From positions 1 through 32,247 of the forward strand of contig JAUCBJ010006531.1 of NCBI GenBank assembly GCA_032718475.1: 32,247 bases of DNA, read 5' to 3'. Shown here in pieces: positions 32,190 to 32,247 of this stretch (position 1 is the first letter of the stretch; every line of letters starts with the position of its first letter). The notes under the pieces are model-generated. The model saw nothing but the letters and a program-made list of their open reading frames with translations. It was not told the origin of the DNA and made no database searches. The DNA is from Nemertoderma westbladi (lineage: Eukaryota > Animalia > Xenacoelomorpha). Both the position numbers and the translations under genes were made by a program.

Positions 32190-32247
32190 TTTTTAGGGAC
32201 GGAGAAGAAAATCATCTTTCAATAAATTTTATATTAAAGGTAAAATT

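Overview
This is AT-rich, repeat-dense DNA from an animal genome, probably an invertebrate. It is not prokaryotic, and I see no operon, CRISPR array or defence system. Two host genes are supported. The first is an intronless SVOP-like MFS transporter on the + strand (1837-3252). The second is the 3' half of a spliced kinesin-5 (KIF11/Eg5/BimC) gene on the - strand, with five phase-compatible exons between 13984 and 25521 encoding the stalk, BimC box and a KEN motif; its motor exons must lie beyond the right edge of the window. The rest is mobile or repetitive DNA: four degraded copies of one RTE-type LINE, a fragment of a second LINE, a decayed hAT (ZMYM1/PRKRIR-like) transposase interrupted by a nested foldback element, a tRNA-derived SINE and several MITE/foldback elements. 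There is also a 7.2-kb array of a 38-bp repeat filling one kinesin intron, and a 19-bp minisatellite split by a near-perfect 189-bp hairpin element and by a 3.9-kb TIR element carrying LINE fragments. I found no convincing new biological system. The most notable points are the nested intron architecture, the retrocopy-like SVOP paralogue lacking its TM1 acidic residues, and a hammerhead-core-like motif. Family assignments rest on recalled motifs and were not checked by database search.
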